From: Botryllus schlosseri
Lineage: Eukaryota
Direction: 5' to 3'
Assembly (NCBI GenBank): GCA_051294905.1
Contig: CM119371.1
Coordinates: 4,900,001 to 4,964,000, forward strand
Length of the DNA stretch: 64,000 nt
Part shown: positions 24,226-37,882 of the stretch, piece after piece
Position numbering within the stretch: the first letter of the stretch is position 1
How the letters are laid out: every line of letters begins with the position of its first letter
Notes under the pieces: model-generated
Seen by the model: the letters and a program-made list of their open reading frames with translations, nothing else
Databases searched by the model: none
What the model was told of the DNA's origin: nothing
Translations under genes and position numbers: made by a program

Positions 24226-25396
24226 CAGTGGTCTGGAACCTATGGCTCGCGAGCCAAATATGGCTCTTTTGGGGATAAGATATGTGTCTTTGCCAAATAT
24301 TAATTTTTTTACTGAATTGCTCAATGTTGCAGCGACTTGTTAGTAAATTTTCATCACGATCCGAAGAATTATTCCCGTGGCAGTATAAACATGTCTTTGA
24401 GAGGTAAAGGCAACACCGTCTGCAGGTTTAGTAGCTCGAACTCTTTTCAAAATCCTCAAATTTAAGTTACTGTCGCGCCGGCGACCAATATCACCCGCGA
24501 ATTCGATGTAGCCTACCCGACTCGAAATCTTGAATTGCGTGATACGTTGATTGATCCAAGAGAATAACAGACATGGCGACACCAACATGACGCAGTTTTC
24601 AAATACACATTGTCTTCCTGATGTACGGCGTGACATGAACTGTCGTGGACGTGACATTCACAATTACAAACTCGATTTACAAACAACGTTCTTGATTGGC
24701 AAGTAGCTGTACCGGCGATAAATAGGCGTGTAGCGCCACGTTATATGTTACGGCTTTGAGAATTGAGAAGTCGATCAGTATTTGAATTTTCGGAATCAGT
24801 GCCACAGTTACATTGGATTTTAATATCAGTTATAAAAAATTCCAAGCGATTTACGATGAATTGCGTTATCAATGGTGAGGCATGGCCCCTCTGTGCCTTA
24901 CCTCTCGTTTCGCGCTTTATTTTCGATTAGTAAAATGCAAATTGTGGGAATTTGAGAGAAAAATGTATAAAATCTAGTCTTTCATGAACATCAATAGAAA
25001 ATACCAATAATAATTGAACGTTTCAAAATCTTCGTTAACAGCTTAGATTGGATAGGCCTATATATAGATTGCTGTAGTGACCATGTTTGGCTCCCCCTAC
25101 GCCTGTGATCATGGGTTCTCGCATTTATAAGGAGTGTCAAGGCGAACCTACGTTCTCATAATTCAAATTTTGCATTCTCAAGTAAGGCAACCATCATGAT
25201 AAGTTCTAGTTTTTACAGAGAAAATGTGGTGCACACGACGAATCCCGTGTAGAGAGTGCGAATTAATACTACCATGACATCAGAAATTTCCAATTGCGAC
25301 GTAATATCTGATTGACATGCATGGCTTTTTGAGAGGTAAAATGGGAAAAAATAAGGCCAATATGGCCCTTCAGACAAAAAAGGTTCCCGACCACTG
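24226..25396. mobile_element. Second hAT element nested in 22220-26031
   Basis: TIR CAGTGGTC(T/G)GGAACCT; TSD CCACACAG (24218-24225) vs CCATATAG (25397-25404), two transitions apart; subterminal ATGGCTC-like motifs. Confidence 0.82.
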
Positions 25397-26299
25397 CCAT
25401 ATAGACACCCCCATGTCTGCTCTCTGATCAATCAACACGCGGTGCTATCCCTAATTAAGATTTCAAGGTGTTCGATAAGCCCGGTACCCTAAATTTACCA
25501 AGATATCAATTCATTAGGGTTTAGAAGGTGACGAGATAGCATCGTTGTTCAACTGTGTGGCCTAATTAATCTCGATATTGAATTCATGCGACCCGCGTCC
25601 TCTACGAATTTTGAAAAGTGGCCAGCGACCCGTTTTAAGTTGGCGACCCCTGGCAAAAGCGGTGTGTTGCAAAAGCCTAGAAGTCGGCGGTTTGGAATCA
25701 AAAACAAGAAATATCAGCCTGGTGTAAATGATCATTGTAGTCAACAAACAGCATGATTACCACAAATGACAATAGGATTGAATACATCGTAAATGCCGAT
25801 AATGCAAGTCTTCTCGCCTCGACGAACTTACGCGTAAGCTCAACTCTTGTACGCTGCGCAGTGCGCACATGCGCATATGATAACGTACAGTCACTAAAAT
25901 TTGACCTAGTAAGCAAGTAGTGGGGGAATTCGGCTAACAACAGGAACCACGGGCCACATTGTCATGTAAGCAGGAAAACTGTCCGCGGGCCGGACAAAAT
26001 CCCTTCACGGGCCGTATGTTGCCCGCTCCTGTTATAAGCTGTCTCAACACACATTACTGCAAGAATAACAATCATGATAGTCAGTGGATTCATTAATCGA
26101 CAACTGAATAATTAAGGTCGAATTGCACCCAATTCATAGCCAATCCTATACATAAAATAAAAATTCAGTCACTGATTATGCCAGTAATAAAATTCTAAAC
26201 TAATTTCCGAAATATTTCCCCGCTCTGATCAGTGTTGGGATGACTCGAGTCAGACTCTAGTCAACTTTTTCGTATGACTTGAATTGGAGCTTCAGAAAT

Positions 26300-26560
26300 G
26301 CGGATTGGTGTTTTGTGGCATATACACAGATTAATGATATACATATGCTGCTGGACAAGGACGGTGCATGCAGATAGAGCCTTTTACGGCATTCTAAGTC
26401 TTGCACCAACCCTCCATGCTATCCCAGTATAGCATGAGCACCAAGCAGGGAAGTCATGGATACCAGTGTTACTAATCGGGTCTTTGGTCTGACTCGGCCA
26501 AGGATCAAACCCACGACCTACCGAATAAGAAAACGGACGCTTCACCATTACGCTATATTG
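26300..26560 (-). mobile_element. tRNA-derived SINE relic (5' head deleted in the twin at about 56280-56470)
   Basis: Plus strand ...gtctttggtctgactcggccaaggatcaaacccacgacctaccg...ggacgcttcaccattacgcta is the reverse complement of a tRNA-like head with A/B-box-like motifs. Recognised by pattern only. Confidence 0.5.
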
Positions 26561-26792
26561 TCGGTTAACCTCGTGACTCGGAGCAGAATTTAGTAGTCAA
26601 TTTCAAGTCATCAAATAAGCGATGTACCATGGGCAAGTTGGGATTGTTCGCGATACGCTGGTGTCACTTGTGAGAGCGACCAGTCATTCACTGCCAGTCA
26701 TTCACTGATTGTAGGTTTCTCCGATCCTTCATTGGTACACAACTAGGAAATTGACCACAAACGAAATGATCACAGCTTATGTTGTCGTAATA

Positions 26793-27634
26793 CAGTGGTT
26801 CTCAACCGATTGTCCGCAAAGAATGTTCAGATAGTCCGCGAATCCTCCAAATTTGCAAAATGGTTGAAAACCAAAATTGTATTTTTTTAATTAGTGAAAT
26901 ATTTTCGCTCCAGAACTGTTCAAACTTCAGGACTGACATAAACAGAAATACAGTCTTAGATGAAATATTCTACTAGGGAAACGCATTTTAGTAACCAATA
27001 GTCTACTGATACAAAGATATTGCTGTTTAGAGAGAAATTTTTCAATCTAATTTTTTTAATGTACCCAGAATTCAAAGAACAACATTTGTAAATATTGGAC
27101 AATTATGTATGAGGGTATGCATTACAAATGTCAGAAAATTTGCTAAATTATAATGGAACGAGTCATAACCGATATTACAGAATAACTTCATATTGACTTG
27201 CTAGATAAAAGTGAATAGGCTGGAGGTTAGATGTTCTGTTTCTCAATGTTGATGCCGTATATATCAGACCAAAATTGTCTTCTGAAACGCTGCGGTTAAT
27301 TATTACATTCGCCATCTCCTATCACTGTGGAAATGTATTTTTGGCACTCATGTCAAATCGACGACGTGGATTTTCCAGCACGACAGCGTAGTCAAAGAAA
27401 TGTAGCTACAGAATTCGCTACATTAGGTCCTCCCAATTTGTACATCAATAGTATGTTGATATTTTCTGGAAAAGTCATTTGGTCGATCTTTAGTTGCCTA
27501 CAGTTAACATTTGCAAATGGTATATGATGATTGCACGATATTTGAGGTAAATTTGAACTAATAATCGTGGTAGGGGTTCACGAGGGTCCGTGGCGGTCTG
27601 AAAGGAGTCAAGACAAAAAGCTCGAGAACCACTG
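26793..27634. mobile_element. Older hAT-type non-autonomous element present in both arms (twin about 55327-56167)
   Basis: TIR CAGTGGTTCTC / GAGAACCACTG; TSD degenerate (tcgtaata / atctaata). Confidence 0.65.
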
Positions 27635-28559
27635 ATCTAATAGGAGCGTATCTTTGTTTCTTAGGCCGCTCAAGTGCTTACCTTATGTAGTGCTCACCTT
27701 TACCAACTTTCTTGTATGATTTAAATCCAATGTATATAGTTTATGCTTTTAAATCCTCATGGATATGTAGCTGAGTAGGGTATTGTACCATATCGAGGCT
27801 TCGTATTGGATCCTCTATGTTGGCTGATAATAACAGAGTGGCTATACAGTTACTCAAGTATTATTTACCAGTCCCGCGTGTTGGTGAGCGATACAACGCC
27901 ATTTTGTATGTATAGTCAACTTTATATTCGCTATTCGATTCAAGATAAATGTTCATTTTGGTCAATCAATCTGTCTTTCACACAGTCAGCAAAATGTAAT
28001 GACTTTTCAGCAACACTCATACTTCAGCAATTCAATTTGACTTGAACCATGACCTGAATCGCGACTTGACTCGAGTAACCTCCAAAAAACGAGTGACTTG
28101 AATTGACTCGAGTCACCTTCGAAAATCGATTGACACGACTTGACTCGAGTCAAAATTTGCAATGACTCGAGATGACTCATGACATGAAGGTAGTGACTTG
28201 ACCCCAACACTGGCTCAAATACAGATTCTAATCTAATCTGTAAAAGGTTTGTATGCTCTCATTTTATTTCTTATCTGCCGTCTGGTTTTATTGAAACTGT
28301 ACTGTACCGTGTGAATCGAGCCAGGATTACTGTACACATATTTCCATAAGTATGAGAATGAGCTCTGATTTGATATGAGATTAAATTGATTCAACTACAA
28401 AGTTTTCACGAATTCAGTATCAGTAACTTCAAGTCTAATCTAATTTGGAAATTTGAAAAATGTTAGCTAGCTAACTTTAAAAAAACTGAAAGCCGTCTAG
28501 TTGTTCAAGTCTGCCCTAAACCCATTACAACACAATTAATTTTAACATGTACACAGTAC

Positions 28560-28704
28560 ACTGGAAACACGTATTGGTGATTGTCATATTGTTGTGGATA
28601 GAAAAAGACCCAAAGGTGGTGAATTGATCCCCACACTGGCTACAATTGACGGCAGGACTAAACTTGAAGATTTTAGCACATACTGCACACAGAGTGGACA
28701 CTGC
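28560..28704 (-). CDS. Possible upstream exon of the zinc-finger gene (degenerate C2H2-like motifs); twin at 54253-about 54395 plus
   Basis: ttgcag|AVSTLCAVCAKIFKFSPAVNCSQCGDQFTTFGSFSIHNNMT, on the same strand as the ZF exon in both arms. Donor site uncertain. Confidence 0.4.
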
Positions 28705-31700
28705 CTGCAAATCCTAGTTTTCAAATTGGTTCCCTTTTTATAGACCTCATTTCATTTTGAACTTCTGCAATCAAAACGAGATGGAAGAATTTTGCATGGA
28801 ATTTTACCATATTTATGAATATAGTTAATGAAATGCTATGTATATGACCTTTTGAATTCCCGGAACCATTCAATATGGTTTCAACAATTTTAATTCCAAT
28901 TTTAGACCTTTTAACGTGGTGCCCGCATGAGTTCTCTCATGCGTAATCAGTAGATATAAGTCGAGTATTAGGCTTCGAGTCAAGTTGGGGATTTGAGTAT
29001 CCTTCATTGTGACGACATAACAATACGAAAGATGTGTCAAGTTCAGATATGTACCATTTACGCGATCACGAAGTGTATAATGCCAGTTTTATATCACAAT
29101 AAAGATAGCTTGGTGTTTTTAGACCACAACCATTTCATTCAACTTTTGACAACAATTCATGTTTTCAATCCTTTCACAGAAGAAAATAGCATCGAAAATC
29201 GAATTCTGATTTGACAAGTTACATCTTAGTGGCGAGGATCATATGATTTCGAAACTCAGAAAAAAACAATCCCTTATTGTCCCAATCAATTCATTAAAAC
29301 CTGATGCCCACTAGGACACTACCCAGCCCTAGCAATTACTATTGTAGCGCTTTTCAGATCATCTTTGGAGCTTGGAAAAAATTAGAATCACGGGACCCAA
29401 ATATCGTTTTGGGTTTCACAAGGCGTAGTTTACTCTGCAAGACTGGAACTGTGCAATGATACAGGCTCATGAACTCGTTCAATCCAGTTTTAACGATGAA
29501 ATGTCCTATCGGAAATAGTATTATTTTTCATAATCCAACATTTCGTACCCTGCTACTTCTATGGGTTGGAGTTGATGAATATGCACCATTCAATATTTTT
29601 GTAGACAACCTACCAATTCCATGTGCGAGCCGATACAATTTAAATGAAATTTTTGATTGTAATTAAAAATCAATAATTTTTTACCATATTACTTTCCGCT
29701 TAACAAACTTGGCATTTTCATCAACTAGCCAGTAAAATTTGAAAACAAAATTGATTTTCAAACAACCCTAAAAGTCTGTCTACTTTACAAAGCCCAATTA
29801 TTATAACGCCGTAATACGAGCAGGGATGTTGGCAGTATCCCGACTAGATATCTTCTAGAACTGTAGTTCTTCAACTTTTAAAGACACACCTCCTCGGTCA
29901 ATATTAAAAACTTCCACCACCCACTAATCAAATCAAAAGGCAAGGCATTGTGAAAGCTATAACTCTTTTAGCAGTAGTTCTTGGCCTTTCCTAGCTACGA
30001 TAACTAGGCAAGCCCATACGATAATCTGCAGGCCTTAAGCAAACTACAAATTTTCGCCTAATTACGAAAACCAATATCCATCACATTGCACAACGGATGC
30101 ATTACTGTAGAATACTGGTGCGCAAAATTAACTGTGAATAAACAACAGCGTCAAAATTATTGAATGCTTTTCACAAAAATACAAAAAATATTAATGAAGA
30201 TTTACAGTAGTAATAACCCTACTAATTATAGATAGTAACAGGATAAGAAAGTGCTTGCATTTTAATAAGAGAAGTTCAGCTCATAATAGCTGATTGCTTT
30301 ACTTTCAACAAATTCGATCACCAATGTATGGCCGTAATATTATAACTCTTAGTAACGTATCAAGGAGTGTATGATTACATTATCATAATGGAAAAAATCA
30401 TCTCGCACTACTCAACTTGCATTATTGCAATTAATACTAAATTCGAATACAATAATGTAATCATTGTGCCCATCGGCACTGGTGACATTTTCAACAGTGA
30501 AAATATGAACATAGGAACCAACAATAAGACACCATATACAAGCAGCTCTCACAAATCATGTGACATTAACCAAAAACATCAGACAAACATCGATACTTCC
30601 AGGGATGCAAGCTTTATACGACAATAATCAGTCTGAAGATTGTTAAAATTAGCAAACTTATGCACATGCTGCAATACCTTCTTTGGTATACTCCGCACAC
30701 TGGAAAATGTTCCCCATGATTACCAACAATCAATGTTCCCCATGAGCAATTGAGCATGTCAACATTTATGGTTCTTGCGCGATATTCAAGTGTTCCCTAT
30801 TTTCATCTCTTTTGTCTTCACCTGGACATCTCTCTTAATCTATATGACAATTGAGTTTGCATTTGGCTAGTGAAATACAATGCTCGTTTTGAATGTGCAC
30901 AAACGATACATCATTTCCGATCGCTCAGACTGGAAAAAGTGGTTGTTTTCAGCAATAAGTTGCGCGTGACAGAAGGGTTTCTTGCATAGAATAATCAAGT
31001 AATTAGGCAAAAATTTCTGCATGACGCTGCCATCAATTCCATTCTGGTCAATCGCCAAAACAAAAAAGTGACAGTAGGCCCTATCAGATATTTCATTCGC
31101 GTACTATAGTCATGGAGATTTTGGGAACGCCGATTGGTGGTGATCATGGGGATCACTTTCCAATGTGTAACTAAAGACGTACCGAACAAGTGGTGCAGAA
31201 TGTCGGATAACCTTTTCGAAGATATATGTTTATCCAAACTCTATTGCAGGCCCTTTTCAAGATAGACATACGCATGGAAAAATCACCGTTCTCAGTCATA
31301 CTTGTACAGACTACTGAATTTTCAAATTGAGTAAACAAAACTCGAATTATTCACTTTTAGACACGCTAGAAAAGACTAGAACTAACTGCCTTCGCAACTA
31401 TGAATCACAAGTATAGATTCAATCTCGAATCGACTTCATATTTATCTTATTAGAATCGGCTTTCCGCATGAACAATGAACATCAGTGCAATTTTAAAATG
31501 GGAGGGGTCTTGACCCTCGAAAACTTCCCCTTAGCTGCTCAACCGTTACTAGTGATGATTCTGAGCTTGCAATTGTTATTAGTTGCAAGAACATCAGCCA
31601 ATAAAACACTGGCATCACAATTTACGTTAGATGACAATACGTTTTCTACTTCTAATTCAAGTTACAGTTTATCGGCAGCTAATTATATCTAACTCGAACT

Positions 31701-32644
31701 ATAACTATAACCTATTCAAAATCACGAACTAGAATTAGAAGTACTTGGGAATTTGACCAAAAACTAACAACTTAACTAAACTGAGCAGTGAGCACTGAGC
31801 AGTGAATATGAAAAGCAGAACACCTGAGGTCGGGCAGACCTTATGCAGTCATAGCGACACCTTAGGGTTGTACGGCGGCAAAAAAGTAGAAAGCAGAACT
31901 ACCTGGCAGGAAATATTATTTGTAATATTTATTTTTTCGTGAGATAATCATATGGTGTCGTTCTTTTGATGCACTGTTGACTATAGGTACCAATATTTTA
32001 TAGTGATGTATCAGACGTGTAATGAGGTAGATTTTCGTATTCTATGTTACTCTTACTGGGCAATAATTTTAGGTCATAATTATAAGGCGTGCTGATTAGC
32101 GCAAGAGTTCGTCATGTTAGTAAAGGTTGAAAACCACTGATCTAATATCAGTTTCGCAGATTAATAAATCTTTCATTCCACATCTTGCATGGTTATTAAC
32201 ACTAGCTTTTGTATGATCGACGAAATAAAAAAACTTTCGTCTGTTTTGTTGTCATTCGTTTACGGCTCATTGACCTCGGCCGCAATATAGATGGGTGATT
32301 CCCCTCTTGAGTAGATATTTGATTGCTCACTGGTCAGCGAAAGTATAGATTACTAACATCAGAAAGTTAGTAATCTATTGCAAAAGTATAATTCAGATTA
32401 CTGTTATTATAAAGAAGAAGCTATATACTTTATGACATAACCTTTTACCAGTGTCAAAGACTAATACCAATTATCCCACGCGACTTGTATTTCTCAATTC
32501 GCGAATTATCATCAAATTATCTCTCTGGACTAGACACGAGAAATTAGGATGTTACCGTCACCGCTCATGATCAGTTCCGCTATTATAATTCCATCTGTTT
32601 TACCTGAGGACCTCAAGTTAAGGTTCTGTGCAGACTTCTACAAA

Positions 32645-33190
32645 GGGTATAGTTTGGCAAATTTCGAATATTTCTCGTGCATAAATTTGAATTTTTATGA
32701 CTGTGCATTCGAGCGTATCGGGTCGTTGGACACCTTGCGCCACTTGGATATCGCTGAAAATCGGTGTGCTGTTACGTTTAACTACAGGCTATAGGTATAT
32801 GAAAACTATTCCTTGACACAGGGTATAGTTTGAAAAATTTCGAATATTTTTCGTGCATAAATTTGAATTTTCATGACTGTGCAGTCCAGCGTATCGGGTC
32901 CGTTGGACACCTTGCGCCACTTGGATATCGCTGAAAATTGGTGTGCTGCTAGGCGTAACTGTAATCTATAGGTATTTGAGAACCATTCCTTGACACAGGG
33001 TATAGTTTGAAAAATTTTGAATATTTTTCGTGAATGAATTTGTATTTTTATGACTGTGCATGTGCAGTCCAGCGTATCGGGTCCGTTGGACACCTTGCGC
33101 CACTTGGATAACGCTGAAAATTGGTGTCGAATATTTTTCGTGATAAATTTGAATGCGCCACTTGGAAATAGTTGACAATTTGTGTGGTGT
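32645..33190 (+). repeat. Tandem repeat, 176-177 bp unit, about 3 copies
   Basis: gggtatagttt starts units at 32645, 32821 and 32998; all contain gttggacaccttgcgccacttggata. Confidence 0.9.
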
Positions 33191-34395
33191 CAGATTTGCC
33201 TGCAAACTATACATATGTGAACGCCATACATTGCCACAGTCTCTAGTTTGAAGAAGATGGATTCGATTCTAAGTTCAGTGACTGTTTAGTTGAGCGTATC
33301 ATATAGTTTAGAGACATTTGAGGTACGGCATTTAGCGTGTCGGAGCAATATTTGTTTTGTCGAATCCAGATTTTGTGTGCTACAACTACATTTTGAGAAA
33401 TTTCGTTTGCAGCAGAGCGATACCTTGCAGCTGTGAAAATTTCATGATGGAGATAGTCATTCGCGAGATAGCTGTGCTGAGTTAACAGTGTTGAGGTGCT
33501 AGTCGAGCTTATATTCTTTATTAGTTGTTTCACAAATGACGTGATGCGATAAAATCAGTCGAGTATTTATACGCTTTATTGATTTGAAGGCAATTTAATG
33601 AGTATTTCACCGTAACCTACGTCGAAACATCGTATGTGGCGGATGGCTGCCCCGCGGCATGGCCGGAAACTTGATCCTGGTGATACATCCAATACCTGCG
33701 GTAATCTACACAGTAGTTCTGATATTTATTTTTGATGGCTAGAATTTGATGGCTAACTTCGTCCCGGTTGTTTTACCTGAGGACCTCAAGTTAAGGTTCT
33801 GTGCAGACTTCTACAAAGTATCGATCTGGTTGGCTGACGGTCAATTAATTGCTGTTTCTTCAATAGTTGAATGTTATCAGTTGCATATTTCGAACATTTC
33901 TACTTCTAGTTCCACAGTTGTGCATTTAAAAAGATATTATTTACTCAAGCACTATAGAAAACATGTGACGTAATTTAAGATGAATCGTGATATCCGTGTT
34001 CGGTTGTGTGATGTTGTTGTAGCTAGCCATTAGCAATAATGGCCGATTGCTATCTCGGAGTCGTCGCTATACTAACAGACCTGTATGGAATCTGTGTCCT
34101 GTGCTCACACAATTTACTGCGAGCGCCTTACTGTTATAGTAGTCAAAACTTACCGAGATTTCAGTCGGGCTAACAGTAACGGAGATGTACCCTGGGCTTC
34201 TAGTTCCAGTTCTAGCTGCCTAGTCTTCTAGTCAAGTCTTTGAACTACAAGTATGCATCAAGTTTCTTATGCATATTTTTAGACAATAAAACAGTTTTAT
34301 CAACTATAGCCACTAAGATGTTACCAAATATGTTATTTTTGAACAACCCCATATCAGTTATAGTATCTGTTATTGCTCGATATTTCATTTTGCAG

Positions 34396-37300
34396 ACTGA
34401 TTTGTGTTTAATCTCACGGTAATGTATTGATAAAGTTGACAATCGCCACTAAAACTATCCCCATAGTCGTATGTGATGATTCAACTGGGGAACGATGCAA
34501 AGAGGTCCTATCTTGGCAAGGGGGGAGGGGGGGGGGGCGAAATGCTCTGAAATCAAGGTAGTCCAATCAAAAGAAGATTTCGCTTGTAAAATTGCGTCAA
34601 AGGTGAATCAAGTGTGATGACGCAAGAAATCTATGTGACGCATATATGTTATACGCACCGATGCCATATTTTGTTAACTGTGTTGAAAACAAGGATTTGG
34701 TCTGAAGCTTGAAAGTTGTCATCCTCAAAGCCAATCTAACACAATGAAGCAAACCTTCACTTGGGCACCCTTGTGCCTGCAATGTCGTCAGGGTTCAGAA
34801 TTCAGTTTCTGGTCCAAGTTCAAGACAAAGTCCGCCTAGAGCCACGTATTGAACAACTCGTATAGAATGGCATTTTGATTACCTTTAGTAACTCTCTTCA
34901 TCCCTTAAGTCTTGGTTAAAGTGTAATAGTGTTTGAAGAGCTGGATAATTTGGTTGTCTCTGTCCCTTTTCCCAACATGCCATATAGTACCAAACATTTG
35001 AATATAAAGGAAATAAAAATTTCATGCAGCTAGAACTATGTACAACTCACTCAAGACTCACGACTAGAACTGCTCCCTTTTCACAACTCAACACTAGAGC
35101 TAGAAACTGCCTACACACGCTCACTAATCACTAAAACTACTTACTTGAAAAAACTCGTTACTAGAACTAGAACTACCCACTTTATGAAATGTGCAACTAG
35201 AACTACTCTAAATTTCGGTGGTCAGTTGGCCGTCAACTAAATACTTTGATAATTTGTACATGTCTAGATTTCAGGCTCTGCTCCGAATGAGCATGAGAAA
35301 GATAAAATGTGTCTAGAGATCAGTCTCCATCGCAATTTGAATCCCAAGCATAATGTTGTATTTCCAAGACAATGAATTTGTCTACATCGTTCTTGAGTAG
35401 TGCTAAAAAAGGGTAAGCGTATTTCCTTGTTACAACTGTAATGTATGTCTAACTGTTGTGATGGCATTTGCATCAGCTTTTTGATCTTCATTACCGGGCA
35501 GATTTGGACAACTAGATAATTCGAGTTGCCTAATTAGACTAACCATAGCCAAATGCTGATAATCTAATAATAATCCAAGTTGAGAAATGCTCATATGCTC
35601 TCATTTTTATTCTAATATAAATTCTGGATTGCCGGAAAGTGCTACAGGAGAACTGCATAGTGCGAAATGAGCCGGCTTGTTGTACAGACACTTTCCATTT
35701 ACTTGCTTATGAGAATCAGCTCTTGTTTGATATGAAGTGAATTTGATTTTTGTTGCATTTGTTTTACGAACGATAACTGATTCTTATTGTAATCTAATTC
35801 CGATAAGTTGCGTAGCTATTATTTTATTCTGATCTAGTTTGAAAAGGCTAAAAAAATTATCGTTGCACAACTCTGATCACAAGTGCTGGCACAAAGATTT
35901 GAGTGCTCGAATCTGAATCTGGAGTAATTCTAATAATTCGAGTAGTGAGAGATAATGTTTTGGAGTAGTGAGTTTGCACGCTCCCTGTCACAAGAAGAAA
36001 AGATTAATAATACTGAACTGAGCTTAATGGAGAGTAAATTTAGCCTACCAATGATAAGAATTACAGTTTCAATAGTATTTCTCACTGTGGATATCCATAT
36101 ATGTAAACCTCGATTGGTCGTGTTGCAGCATACAAAACATGTGTACAAAGCTACTCGCATTAGTGGAAATAACATATTTGTGAAGTCGTGATCAAGCCAT
36201 AGCATTGTCACAATGTCCAGTGAGATAAGCATTGTCAAAAAAGACCATATTTAATGTGATGTACAACTGGCGTTATTTTCTTTGAGGTAGCATAAGGGTA
36301 CCGAGTTGACCCTCAAACAGCATTCATATCCATTTCATCTGACGTCTTAATGACTACTATCGAATAGTCGACACGGAACAGAATCACTCAGGTGGACCTA
36401 CTTGACTCTGCCCGACCTTAATTAGCACATTCCCAAAAACATACTTCAAAAGCTCATTCATTCAAAGATTTTCCTTGTATTCATCGAGATTGTCAACTTG
36501 ATGCTTTAGTGGGAGCTTCTTTTAGATATTCTCAACAGATAATGTCTTGATTTCACTCTAGCAATCCAATTCTCTCTGATTTTGGTTTCATTTGCTGATT
36601 AAAGTTCACGAAAGAAGACGCGCCATCATAGAACCAAAGACACGTTATCGCATGCAACAAATTCAGCTTGGAGTTGTTCATCTTCACGATTGTAATATCA
36701 TTCACAGAGATATCAAGGTAACATTGCTTGCAGTAGTAGGCTACTAAACTACTGGATTTTATTGCGCAACTAGTTCTACAACTACTCACTCTCACAACTA
36801 GAACTACAACTAGAACTGCTAACTTTTCAAAATTTGCAAATCCAATTAGAATAACAACTACTCACTTTTAAATGCCAGATCACATTACGGATGGTTTGGT
36901 ATTTTTCAACCATATCTATTTTCTTCCACTTTGTGACAATGCGGTGTGTTGATCACGACTTCACAGAAATGTCATTTCCACTAACACTGTACTTTTATCC
37001 TACATATTTCTTAACCTGTGATACGACCGATCGATGCTCACAGCCTTCCTCATTATGTTTCATTTCAGAACTGACAAAATCATCTCTCACAACTCGATTC
37101 GAATTATTGTGCTAGCAGTAGCAACAAATATCTGAGTTGGCAACTTTATGCGTATTTTACTTTATGGTGTGTGTTGGTCACTCATCTGCTGTCTGAAGGC
37201 CAGACGTTGCAGGAAACCTTCCTGAAAGTGGAGAATCATGAATACATGATTCCACAAAATATCAGGATTGTAACCAAATCACAAGGCTACCAGTCACAAG

Positions 37301-37882
37301 TCAATCTCACTTATATAGTTTTTACTCGAGTCCAGTCGAGTCATTTTCAATCACCACCGAGTCAAGTCCGAGTCCAAGTCATCGAGCTGCGGCTCAAGTC
37401 CAAGTCATTATATCATGACTCGAGTCCAAGTCCTTGTGTTGACGGCGGAATTTCCAGTTAAAGTATTGTTAAATCCACTTTTTATAAGTCTGTTTGGTGA
37501 TATCGAATTGCCGCATTTATAATATACTAATTTTCCTCACTTTTAGCAGTTTCTGGTCGCATTTTCAAGAGGGCTACCAGTGCCAATGACAAAATCCCAA
37601 TAGGTTGGTTACTTTACTATTCTTCGAAATTACAATGACATGTCGATCTTGGCCGTGTGAGTCTCGAGTCATATGACTTATTTCGAGTCATGCGCAATGA
37701 CTCGAGTCCAAGTCGAGTCAACACACAGATCGACTCGAGTCGTGTGGAGACATTTCTGTATTTTGAGAGAATGACTCAAGTCAAATCGAGTCATCAGAAA
37801 ATCGTGACTTTAGTCGAATCATGACTCGAGTCATTACAACCTTGCAAAATATATTATTTACAGTTACCGATCTTATCAAAAG
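34396..37882 (+). pseudogene. PLK1-like partial copy R1 (exons 1,2,3,5)
   Basis: Exon 1 at 34396-34602 (ATKTIPIVVCDDSTGERC..LGKGG..AKCSEIKVVQSKEDFACKIASK|gt); exon 2 at 35275-35412; exon 3 at about 36592-36717 (..IIHRDIK|gt); exon 5 at about 37165-37882 (EGQTLQETFLKVENHEYMIPQNI[MITE]LFTVTDLIKR|gt, cf. PLK1 [33 protein letters not shown]). Confidence 0.85.
37263..37844. mobile_element. GACTCGAGTC-rich hAT MITE inserted in PLK exon 5
   Basis: 8-bp TSD CAAAATAT at 37255-37262 and 37845-37852; imperfect TIR CAGGATTGTAA / TTACAACCTTG; many GACTCGAGTC palindromes. Confidence 0.85.

Larger units (their letters stand above)
22220..26031. mobile_element. hAT element (outer member of a nested cluster), absent from the inverted twin
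   Basis: TIR (A)AGGGGCGGGCAAC / GTTGCCCGCTCCTG; 8-bp TSD TTATAAGC at 22212-22219 and 26032-26039; empty site at about 57042-57049. Confidence 0.87.
19600..32233. repeat. Inverted segmental duplication B, left arm (pairs with 50352-59495)
   Basis: Reverse-complement anchors: 21640/57600, 22200/57060, 26040/57040, 27327-27527/55438-55638, 28993-29214/53743-53964, 31840/50735, 32230/50355. Confidence 0.92.

Noticed and set aside
27327..31237. Short ORFs conserved between the two B arms (e.g. 27327, 28993, 29469, 30867)
   Set aside because: Conservation is explained by recent DNA duplication; no recognisable domains.
32645..33190. CRISPR-like array
   Set aside because: Whole 176-177 bp units are repeated without unique spacers; eukaryotic context and no cas genes.
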